From contig NC_027216.1 of assembly GCF_000981445.1 (NCBI RefSeq), positions 1,116,001 to 1,180,000 of the forward strand: DNA of 64,000 nucleotides. Direction: 5' to 3'. Positions 37,631-47,691 of this stretch are shown here, piece after piece. The stretch comes from Babesia bigemina (lineage: Eukaryota). Position 1 is the stretch's first letter. The number at the start of each line of letters is the position of its first letter. A program made the position numbers and the translations under genes. The notes beneath the pieces were generated by a model. That model ran no database searches. It was not told the DNA's origin and saw only the letters and a list, made by a program, of their open reading frames with translations.

Positions 37631-38998
37631 TTACCCAAAAGCTTCTTGCAACTTCTCCAGAAGCATCGTTCGATCCTTCGGTGCCATTTTGGCAATTACT
37701 TTCATTACGGCATCTGGGCTGTAGTTTGATCGTCGCACGAATGTCTTGAGATATAAATACGTAAATGTGCCCATTAAAATGTGACAATCGAAACGATCCA
37801 TCATACCTCCATGACCCGGGATGGTGTCGCTAAAGTCTTTTACCTTTAAAGCGCGCTTAAAACCTGAGGCCAAAAATCCACCAAATGGGGCAAATAGCGA
37901 CGCAAACAACGTTAAAATCATAACATGGACAAAGCAAGGCTTGTATAAAACCTCCTTCATACCCAGAACATTAGCTGCCCATGTAGGCAAGATATATGCC
38001 GATGTTTTGTATATGCTTTCCGGCTCACAAGTGGTGGTCATCCACGCAAATGGTGTAAAGTCGAAGTTATTAACCGGGCATACCATTGGTTGGAAATTCA
38101 TTATAGTAGGTGTGACCATACCTACAACCAATGATGTAGATACGAAGGCCCCTAAAAATCCCTCAAGTGTCTTGTTCGGCGAAAGCGAAATAAGTGGAGT
38201 TCTGCCGAACATTTTTCCGAAAAAATATGCCATAACGTCGTTCAATGCTATCATCGCGTGCGGTAGCAAAAACCACACCATGCCGTAGTATAAATTTGCT
38301 ATTATCATCATGCTCTGAATGACCACATACAAAAGAGCCATTATAATAAACGCGAAACGTAGAAACTGCTGACGCGAACGACCCTTTTCTAAACTGAGAA
38401 TGAACTTGACTACACCACAGAAGAAGGAAATAAAAAGTAAAAGATGGTGATATGACAGAACGAAACCGCATATAGGTGCGATATTAGGGTGCTTACGCGC
38501 CAAACGGGGCAATAACCAAGGAAATGATATACCAACCATCGTAGTAAGCAGGAAGTATGTCTCTAGAGATATGAATGAAAACACGTCGAACGCTTCGGTT
38601 ATGACATAAATACGAACACGCTTCTTAAACTTCCCCGTAACTGAACCTGTCTTCGATGAGACCTCCTCACCCGTGGCTTGTTTGTGTTGTTGAATGACTT
38701 TGTCGTAGAGACTTACCATCTCATAGTACGCCATATTGATTAACAACAGTATCAAAATTGAACCATATATTGGCCCTAAGCATATTACGAAAACTGTACC
38801 CCCTGCGATTATTAGGCCTAAGACTATTCTAATGGCCAAATTATTTGATAGAATCCTCGACCAACAAGTATCTCCAAGCTCCGCATTGTCGCTTTTAGAG
38901 TGTCCACGAGTATCTCGTATTGACGACGAACGCCGAAACGCTGGCATCATAAGAAAGTTATCGTATCCCCCTTCATGTCCATACACAACGTTTGCCAA
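37631..38998 (-). CDS. CDS: phosphatidate cytidylyltransferase (CDP-DAG synthase); 5' end uncertain
   Basis: LSPNKTLEGFLG, SGFKRALKVKDFSDTIPGHGGMMDRFDC. Confidence 0.95.
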   Translation of the reverse strand: MANVVYGHEGGYDNFLMMPAFRRSSSIRDTRGHSKSDNAELGDTCWSRILSNNLAIRIVLGLIIAGGTVFVICLGPIYGSILILLLINMAYYEMVSLYDKVIQQHKQATGEEVSSKTGSVTGKFKKRVRIYVITEAFDVFSFISLETYFLLTTMVGISFPWLLPRLARKHPNIAPICGFVLSYHHLLLFISFFCGVVKFILSLEKGRSRQQFLRFAFIIMALLYVVIQSMMIIANLYYGMVWFLLPHAMIALNDVMAYFFGKMFGRTPLISLSPNKTLEGFLGAFVSTSLVVGMVTPTIMNFQPMVCPVNNFDFTPFAWMTTTCEPESIYKTSAYILPTWAANVLGMKEVLYKPCFVHVMILTLFASLFAPFGGFLASGFKRALKVKDFSDTIPGHGGMMDRFDCHILMGTFTYLYLKTFVRRSNYSPDAVMKVIAKMAPKDRTMLLEKLQEAFG

Positions 38999-39494
38999 AG
39001 CAGCTCCCGTTGTATGCTACTGTCAAATGTTAATCTAGCATGACGCAACGAGTAACAGCGACGCTACAACTTGGACCCATTCGGAGACATCCCAGATGCC
39101 TTTCCACTGCCTGATATAAGACACGTGAATTCTTTTCCGGCGTCGGTGTGGCTAATTTTACGGTATCAGAAGACGTTAACAGGCCATACTTGTTTGTTAG
39201 ATGCAAGCGATTAAATGGGACACCCGATGTGTGCGCGCGTCCACAAAAAAACATAGCGACACTTGCAGAGATGGTTGATAGATATATTCATAAGGTCTGA
39301 TTCATTATATATGATGTTTACAAATCATCAAAAATGTGCGGAATATGTGAACAAAGTATTGAACGTTTTCAACATATGTGCGTATACAACAACAAATAAA
39401 AGTTATAAGAGTACACATGGCGCACATATAAAATCGCGGCGCCATTTGAACATTTTGTGGTATTGAAGTTTAGAAAACGCAAAACTAGTAAAAG

Positions 39495-39567
39495 TAACGA
39501 CGACGGGAATCGAACCCGCAATCTTCGGTTCCGTAGACCGACGCCATATCCATTAGGCCACGCCGTC
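39495..39567 (-). tRNA. tRNA-Arg: tRNA-Arg (ACG)
   Basis: GACGGCG TG GCCT AATGGATA TGGC G TCGGT CTACGGA ACCGA AGATT GCGGG TTCGATT CCCGT CGTCGTT A, followed by CTTTT. Confidence 0.96.
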
Positions 39568-40934
39568 TCATGAATGTGACACATTTATTTAGTTTACAAC
39601 GGTATATCATTACTTCTAATACTAGCTAACTTATATTATTAATTGGTTGCTAAAATGCAATGCACGATTTTCCAACATTTGGGCATGATATTACAATAAA
39701 CGTATTTAGCTTGCACATTAAATGGCATTTTGCCCAGTTTATGCTAATAGTATTGAAAAAGGCAAATCATAGAGTCCTCAGATTATATTTCTGAACAGAT
39801 TTTTTCATTTGTGAATCAGACATAGGTTATATTATCGATAAACACTATGATTGTTTTAATCAATCCGACCTTGTTTCACAGCATGTTCGTAACACGTTGC
39901 GACTTTAAATCCTTGAAACAAATGAGGCGGTACCAAAGGCGCGTGTAGCTATATTGTGCATATATATCGAAATCTGTTGCGCTTAACTGCTACTCTTATC
40001 GTAGTCACATGTACACTATATTCATAGACAGGTTTTATCAGTGCGCTTTGTTCTGCACCGTTGTTTTTCATACCCCTGCTTATAACCTTCCACTGCAACA
40101 TATAGGTCTTCAACCTACGGCCATAAAGAAGTATACCCGTGTATGCATACATATGCAATTTCCACGTGTAGCAACGCAAACCACAATTTGCTACAAGAAA
40201 CGGGGGGCGTGGGGTAATGTGACAGATAATGCGGGGGCGAAGCCTGTGGCATTCAAAAATCAATGTAACGTGTTGCATGGTCTAAATGTAGTATCTAAAA
40301 GTGGGTTTGAATTAATAAAATAGAGGGATACAGGACGGAGAAGATTAGGGACGACAGTACAACGTCGACAACTGCTCGCCAACGATTATACAGCGCTGCA
40401 TCCAACAAAGTCTGGGAGACGAATACTATTCAACCCGCTTATCTACGCTCGACTGAGGTGATAGTGAAGGTAAAGCAGCGATTTTGTTCCTGGCCATAAG
40501 CCCAGGTTCAACATTTGGCGCATTCGTGACGAAGATTAATGTGGGCCGTCAGGATACGGATTCTTTTGTATGTCACGAATACGTATTAAGAATATGTTGG
40601 AGAGTCAATTCGAACGGGACGGCAAGTGGGATCGTTGTTGCAAGCGAGGTACACCCCCCGACCTATTTCTTAGAGAGGTCTTAGAAGTTCTACACCCCTC
40701 ACTCATTGAGACCAGATTGTGGATATTGTCACATTTGCGTTGTATATTGACCATATGTACGCTATATGCCTGGCTATTGCCCCATTTGTTTCCAGACATC
40801 CGGTTTCGGCGTTGTGCCACGCTCCCCGCTAGAAAAACAAAATAGCTGTCAAGGAAAAACAAGCAACAAAAATATTAATATGCGTGGACAATGTTATAGA
40901 GAATACATCTCAGACTTTTTCGGCTCATAACCTG

Positions 40935-41200
40935 CCACCTATGCATCCTGTCGCACTTCCTCACCCAGCCCATCAGGTTGCAGGCCGTGGATGAGCCCGG
41001 TGACGCCTGTTGAGGCACTTCGCCGTTGTGAGTATGCTTAGACGTGCCCGTGCAGAGCATATAGTGGATTGCGCGGCGAATACGCAGGGCGTGGAAGGAA
41101 TGTATCCCGCTCGCTTTTTTATTGATTGTCCCGCGGCGGCCGCTGTCGGCGTGGCGGCCCATCCACTTTGGTGGAGTACCTGCATTCCACCGGCAGATTT
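40935..41200. other. GC-rich self-complementary non-coding segment (candidate ncRNA or element relic)
   Basis: Nested helices 41003-41092, T6 at 41115-41120, further hairpins 41138-41175. Confidence 0.3.
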
Positions 41201-41541
41201 AATTTGGTGCTCTTAGTCGTGTGTCAGGCGCATCGCCAAGGTTTCTCAATGTGAGCAGCGGTATTGGGTGATGTGGCATACCTCCCTCGATCCGGCAGGT
41301 GCGATGAGCAACAGGGGATGCTGCCGTGTGGCTCCAACTCAGGATATTACACGGCCCCATTAACAACCGTGTTAGTTGCAGACACATATGATAACAGTAC
41401 GATGCGTTGTTGACTTGGCTACCGCAATTATTACCACCAGCCCAAGGTACACTTGCACTGGTACCAAAAGGCAGGTCCTCATCAACAAGCGAAACCAATT
41501 TATTCGCATCATTCACCGAAGTGTCATCGTATATGAGCTAA

Positions 41542-42288
41542 TCAATACTGTGAGTCGTAGTTCTCGATTTGGATGGTAGAGCGAGTGACACCCTTGACAG
41601 TGACGCATCGGCATTCAAGTGACGGCGAGTGGCGCAGGGTCTCTCCGGGTCCTAAACGGTCGGCGTTGACGTTCAGTGTGACAAAGTGATTAGTGCGCAA
41701 AGCTACCAACGAATAGCTGAGACCGGCTAGGTGCTTCACTTTGCCGTTCACGGAGACCTGGTCGAAGCAGTTGGGCGGGTCCAGCACGTAAGGAGCCGGG
41801 CACTAGAAGGCCGCATTGCCCGCAGCATGGAGGCCTATCTTGCAACCAATTTCTCTGCCGTAGGCGTCGCAGACACTGGTCGTCTCAGGCTTGAAAAGCT
41901 CAGTGGATGCGTATGTGACACCGCAGCCTTGTAGGCAGGGGTCCGTGGTCTCGACGTGAACTTCCACGACGTGCCCAGTGTATTGCTTAGTAGTTGTTAC
42001 GGTATGATGATTCGTTGAGGTAGTCTACGGTATGAGAGATCCGCTAGTCGACACGTTGCCAATTGATACCTTGTCTAATGTGTGAGATGGTGGACAGGGA
42101 CAGAAGTCATCGCGCGACCATGAGTGCTGCTCTCACCAAAGCTGGGTGGTAGCACAAATGACAAAAACGGCATTCAGAAACAGTACGCCGTGGAATCGGC
42201 ACCCGAGACCAACCGCCTGCAACTCCACCCCGGCGAACGTTAGCATCAACTCATGCCACATGAACCGCAAGAGAGCTTGAAACACCAT
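41542..42288 (-). pseudogene. 6-Cys (s48/45 domain) family pseudogene
   Basis: One frame reads VVEVHVETTDPCLQGCGVTYASTELFKPET..IGCKI..AAF*CPAPYVLDPPNCFDQV..LECRCVTVKG..STIQIENY, the s48/45 GC..C..CP..PxNCF..CxC pattern; in-frame stops at 42133-35, 42025-27 and 41803-05. Confidence 0.8.
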
Positions 42289-42594
42289 TTTTTATAAAGT
42301 TGGGGGGTCTAAAAGGTAATCTACACAAAGGAATTTATATAGAACTTAATTTGTTCAATGTCGCTGCATCAAACAGAATTTGATAAATACATAAAACAAG
42401 AAAGCACCAAACAATTTACTTAATAGAAGGGCGAATCATACGGATAACGATAATCTCCAATCATCTTGTTCATACGCAAAAAGTCTTTTAATTCGTCTTC
42501 TATGCAAGAGGTGTATAACAAAAGTGGCATCCAACGCTTGATGTGCTTTCATCTGCAACACTGCCTGGATCAAATTTGGGGCGCCCCCGGGTAA

Positions 42595-42667
42595 GGCGAC
42601 GTGGCCTAATGGATAAGGCGTCGGTCTTCGGAACCGAAGATTGCGGGTTCGAGTCCCGTCGTCGTTG
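42595..42667 (+). tRNA. tRNA-Arg: tRNA-Arg (TCG)
   Basis: GGCGACG TG GCCT AATGGATA AGGC G TCGGT CTTCGGA ACCGA AGATT GCGGG TTCGAGT CCCGT CGTCGTT G. Confidence 0.96.
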
Positions 42668-43199
42668 CTTATGTGTAAGATAGATTCTTGTCAGAACATT
42701 CTCGCCTCTATCGTATGTATATGTATATGTATATTACTTTTAGGGATGGATTCGTTATGCGATGATGTCATTGGTGTATTATATATTCAGATTTACGACA
42801 TTGGGAATTGATATTTACGTATATGCTTATTGCCTTGTGTATATGACTAGCGCTATATTCTTCGAGTATCAATCAAGATATATACGCAACGTATGGTGAA
42901 TGTCGTAATTGAGGGGCTCCAAATTATCCTGGGTGTGTGACAAATACCTATATCGGTGTACAGATTTTCCGGGTTTTAGACGATCTCGTTATGGTATTCA
43001 ATCAGTAAACAAATAATGCCATGTGGAAATTTTATATCTGAACATAAGTTCGTAAAGTAATCCAGGCGTTATCTATATCGAGCATGCTTTGGGGGAGTTA
43101 TCTCCGTATGATCTCCACATCAGTTAATATGTCTGTGCACGCAAAAATATTACCCATAAGAGTTACATTGCTGACGCGATTATTAAAAGGCTTCACTAG

Positions 43200-43730
43200 A
43201 TGCCGCCTATATGTAATAAGGCGCCGCTTGCAGTCGCTCACAAGGTCCCGAAGGGACGTATTCTTCCGCTGTTTTCTCCAGACGTACATCTGGGCAAGTC
43301 ACTAATTACGTTGACACCTGGGCGCATTAAGGCGGAATCGCTGGAAAAATTGCGCTTTGCGCTTAAGCGGATTCTGAGCAAACAGAAGGAACGTAGCGTA
43401 AATGTGCACGCCACTTATGCTGTAACGAGGAATCCTGACGGCGTAAAAATGGGTCAAGGAAAAGGCCGAATTCACCATTATGTTGCGAGAGTGCCTGCTG
43501 GTTCTTCGATATTACACCTTCCACAACTCAGAGCATTAGGCGGAATCCGCGCGCCATTATTTGGGGGTTTTTCACGAGCGGTTGGAAATTTACCAACAGC
43601 GTGTGGTTTTCGTTCTCAACAAAACAATTTTGAGATAGATAATTTGTCTATCAAAACAGCAATAAGGCTAAGGAACGATGTTTGTGCTAAGCGCAAGTTG
43701 CTCAAGTTGCGTTTCGAAAGTACCCATTAA
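43200..43730 (+). CDS. organellar ribosomal protein L16 (uL16); upstream exon possible
   Basis: PGRIKAESLEKLR, VTRNPDGVKMGQGKG..YVARVPAG. Confidence 0.85.
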   Translation: MPPICNKAPLAVAHKVPKGRILPLFSPDVHLGKSLITLTPGRIKAESLEKLRFALKRILSKQKERSVNVHATYAVTRNPDGVKMGQGKGRIHHYVARVPAGSSILHLPQLRALGGIRAPLFGGFSRAVGNLPTACGFRSQQNNFEIDNLSIKTAIRLRNDVCAKRKLLKLRFESTH

Positions 43731-43787
43731 ATTGGAAATCCAGTTATACGCTGCACCGAGTTAATACCACACGTGGAAGCTCTAAGG

Positions 43788-44489
43788 ATGCGCAGGGGAA
43801 TTGGTGCGTCGCGGATTTTGAATTCCCAAAAGGAACAATGGGATTCATTTTCGCAAACATTAAGTGAAGAGACAACAGAAGCGTTTAAACGCGTTGCTGA
43901 TGACTTTAAAGCAGATATGTGTCACTTCGTCGAAAAGTACAAAAATGTGATTAATGCAGACCCGTATTTCCGTTTGGAGTTTCTGGAAATGTGTGACCTG
44001 GTAGATTTTGACCCACTCATCCATTCTTATTCTTCATTGTCTAGGATACTCGGTCTTTCGAGCTTCTATTCTATGGTTACAATGCGTATGTTGGAGATAT
44101 GTATACAAACCAGGGGTCTCAATGGAGGATTATGCGAGATCAGACAAGTACTTGACGCCTTTCCAAAGAAAGCGCAAATCAGAGCGGACGATATTCTCAT
44201 TTCTATACGTGAATGCGCAGCGTTCGGGAAAAACAGCATACGAACTGTGCGCATCAACGATAAAACCATAATAGTGACAACACCCATAGTTCTGGGTGAC
44301 GACTATAGTGAGTGTTTGCATTTGGCAGCTGGCCTAAAGAGGGGAGTAGCTGTTTCAGATTTAATAGATGGTTTAGGTTGGAATCATCAAAAGGCTCAAA
44401 GTCTACTCAACTGCTTCACAAGGCATCAAATTGCATGGATTGACGAGATAAATAACGCCACGTATTATTGGTTTCCATGCTTATTCTGA
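43788..44489 (+). CDS. SNF8: ESCRT-II subunit Vps22/SNF8 (EAP30)
   Basis: MRRGIG, INADPYFRLEFLEMC..DPL, LGLSSFY..IQTRGLNGGL, AWID..YWFP. Confidence 0.9.
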   Translation: MRRGIGASRILNSQKEQWDSFSQTLSEETTEAFKRVADDFKADMCHFVEKYKNVINADPYFRLEFLEMCDLVDFDPLIHSYSSLSRILGLSSFYSMVTMRMLEICIQTRGLNGGLCEIRQVLDAFPKKAQIRADDILISIRECAAFGKNSIRTVRINDKTIIVTTPIVLGDDYSECLHLAAGLKRGVAVSDLIDGLGWNHQKAQSLLNCFTRHQIAWIDEINNATYYWFPCLF

Positions 44490-44552
44490 TCAAAGACAGC
44501 AACACATCGCAGTCGTGCTAATATTCTAAATTCTTAATAAAGTCGGATTTTT

Positions 44553-45290
44553 TCAGGTGTCTTGAGAAGTTGTGCCGAACTTCCAAATACCGTCGTTGAG
44601 GTAGTGCATATTTTCGATGCATATGTCCTTGTTTTTTTCACGTCTAATGTATATTAGTGTACAAAATTCGTGACTGACATTTCTTTTGTCGACATAGTAG
44701 TGATTCCTACCGCGCACGCGTGCGGTCTTCCGTCGACGACTATCTGCTATTTGGGGTTTAAGGCGCAGGCGATATTAAACCTACAACCACTTCTCCGCGT
44801 TCGACGTCGTCCATGGCTCCCCCCTCTGACGTCAACCCGGGGCACATTACATTTGATCCTCTGAGTATAAATTTTAGAGCTCCTTTATCCACTTGCATCC
44901 TGGGCATCATCTCTGGATCTGATAATGGAATATAGTACGTCGGAACTTATGCATACATTTGTGAACCAGACGCATAGAAGGAATCCACGGGCCATCGCGC
45001 TTTTGGAAGAAAACTATGTCACCTCCGACCAACAAGAGCGTCAGATGCTCTTGGCTGCACCTCTATTTTTTCATTTATCAAAACGTACCATTTGGCGAGG
45101 ATAATGTGTCCTCTTTTTGGCAACACCGCGTCGATGGTGCCCTTGAATGAGGGAAACTGACTCACTATCTGAAATGGGCCTAAACACTGCAACATGTAGA
45201 GGTACAAACCGCCAATTTTATACTCCTTTGCACAGATGATTTAATAAAATTTTGCGATACAATATCTTCTGTGCTAAATTTCCGTGCCAT
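44553..45290 (-). CDS. MCTS1: MCT-1/Tma20 PUA-domain translation reinitiation/recycling factor
   Basis: MARKFSTEDIVSQNFIKSSVQR.., GSNVMCPGLTSEGGAMDDV, MHYLNDGIW. Confidence 0.9.
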
Positions 45291-45291
45291 T

Positions 45292-46663
45292 TTATATTGT
45301 GAGGTCCCCTATGTCGCTTAATGTGGAGTTGTAGTTGGGTGTGTCCTACACATTGTATTGCAAATAGCTTTCCTTATTACCTTGAGCAGTGTGACATATT
45401 CTAGGGGCTTGGCCTTTTTAAAAAGCTTGTGTGACATCAGCCGTGAGAATCGCACCTGAAATGTTTGCCGCCTCCATATTGGCACTCACTAAGCTGTTGA
45501 GCTGCAGAGATACGGTTCCGAGTATTTTTTCAAAATTGGAGATACCCAGATTTATCTGTAACGAATTCCTCAATGTCAATTGTACCTCACCGTCATCTGA
45601 AGGTTATTGATCTTCTGCCTTTTCAGATTGCCCACGCCACGCGTATCGAAAGTTACTTGAACAGCTTCGTCGACGTAATTCTTGTTTAGCAGATGATCAA
45701 GCGTCATTGTTGCCCTCACGCTTTCGACTGTCACCGATTGCACTTCTGACACTGTTCCCCGAATCAGCCTATTTATGCGATCCATAACATCAGTTATCTC
45801 GGTGTTATCATGTGATGAATCTGACAACGCATACTGGACACCAATGCTCCGAGCTTCACTCCACTCTTCCAACAGACTGGGTATTATAGATGCAATGCGA
45901 ATGTTGTCACCCACTGCTTCATGGCTGAACAGTGCTCTTGCCATAATAGCTGATAGACGTGGAGATTGTCGCAGCGCTGAAAAGTATTCACTATTAAATA
46001 AAGCTCACTGTTGTTTTTAAAATACACAGACATTGCAGTCACATATACTTACTTGTTCGTATATCATGGGATCTTTATTCCCGACAGTGAGCTACGCTCC
46101 GTGAGGGGACGTATAGTTTTGCATACCGATCTTAGTATCGCTCGATCACACGTTTTCCATCTGTATATAGTGTGCCATCTAATAGTTACGGCTCCTACTG
46201 CAGTAGCTTTTTATTTCCTTTACTCCAGTTAACTTACTGAGCTTTATAAGCATGGTCTTCCGTTTGTCGAACTTGACATTTGTTGCTCGTTCAACAGTGT
46301 CTACAAGCATCCCTTCATATCTTCTCAACACCTATCAATTCAAACGTGACCGGTATGTTTAGGCTGCCCTTAACATACATGCTTAACAAGTGCGTATGTG
46401 TCCTGCACGCCGTTCAAAGACCCCTGTGGTGACCGAGGAGGAATCGGTATTCCATACCGATTTAATAGTTCCGTATCCGCAACGAACGATATGTCTTTAA
46501 TAAGTTCTACTCTCTATTTATTATGAATCACACACACCCACCAAAAGCTGTGTGCTTTATTGGGTAGAGAGTTACAATCCCTTCCGAGCGGCGCATTTTC
46601 AGCTTCACATGTTAGATCATGCTATGAATCACCAAAAATTACCTGGACATTGCGAGACATCAT
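45292..46663 (-). CDS. hypothetical multi-exon protein
   Basis: MMSRNVQ|LKMRR.. through ..EYVTLLK|DTPNYNSTLSDIGDLTI*; most junctions canonical, one near 46000 unresolved. Confidence 0.6.
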
Positions 46664-46754
46664 TTTGAATTGTTACTGTTATTGCCCGCTCAAGGCGCTA
46701 CTCTGCCCACTCCCACCGTCTAAAAAAAGAAGTCAGCACTCTTGAGTCCCTTGT

Positions 46755-47600
46755 TCAAAACGTGAACAGAGTTTTGTTCTTTTCCTTTTGACAAAATTGC
46801 AAAGCCTGCAGACTTGGTACCATGTAATAACCGTCTAAACGTGGATTTTCCTGCGCCGACGGTGAACCGGACGTATAAGAAACGTACCAAAAGGATGTCG
46901 AACAACGACAAAATTCCAATCGACTTTATCAAAGCTTCACGGTGTTGTAAATCACTTATCATGTTTATAGACGCTGTGAGATCAGCAAAATCCCAAAACA
47001 ATGGAGTCAATACCTTCCCTTCTGTTGGAGAAATATTCAATGCCTTGGAATAAAAAAGAGGGATGTGTACATCGTTCTTATAACTAAGAGGCAGATACAA
47101 GCTCGCCAGAGGTAACTAATCAATGTGTGTATTTACATAGCATTTATCACCAACTTGACTTGAGCTGGGTACTAGCTTATATTTTATATGAGACGATATC
47201 CTGGGCTTCGTCGGATCAATCTTTTCAAACAACTCTTGCAGAGTAAGTATTCTTATGCGTAAACTGGGGAGCTCGTATTCAACTGCAAATGATAATGTTC
47301 CAAGAGCCGCGTAACAATACCTGCTGAACCTGCCTGTGTGAGTTCAGTGAGATAATCGATGGCATCCCTAGGGTCCACAAACGCCGTCACAATCTTCTCA
47401 CTCCTTGTTATACGCGTGATAACAGGTGATGTTATAGATTCAACAACGAAAATTGGGACATCTTTGGCGTTTCCCAAATGCGAATGAAAGAAATGGCTAG
47501 GTACGTCTTTTCTAATCGAACCGAAATTAATGTTCGAAAGCGGCCTTCCTATGTATAAACCAAGGGTTGCTTGGCATAACAGTAACATGAATATAATCAT
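46755..47600 (-). CDS. Tic22-like apicoplast import chaperone
   Basis: Signal peptide MIIFMLLLCQATLG; VPIFVV..AFVDPRDAIDYL, YKLVPS, IPLFYS, PLFWDFADL, YMVPS. Confidence 0.6.
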
Positions 47601-47691
47601 TCCAGTCACAGTATGATTTGGAGGTGGGCTCCACTCCAACGGGGCGTGCAGTTTATCATACCCATACACTTTATCACAGGAAGTACAAATA

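Noticed and set aside
41199..41516. 105 aa minus-strand ORF downstream of the 6-Cys relic
   Set aside because: No consistent family signal; may be a further decayed fragment but cannot be supported
41803..42135. Stop-codon reassignment or selenocysteine/pyrrolysine read-through
   Set aside because: Stops are of mixed type, TAG and TGA terminate normal genes in the window, and no SECIS was seen
39570..42590. Telomerase RNA in the inter-tRNA island
   Set aside because: No template of 1.5 telomeric repeats found (only CCTAAAC near 41651, inside the 6-Cys relic)
42671..42940. Spliced ~68 aa hydrophobic ORF starting just after tRNA-Arg(TCG)
   Set aside because: Can be assembled with two GT-AG introns but has no promoter space or homology; low-complexity GTATAT repeats make chance likely
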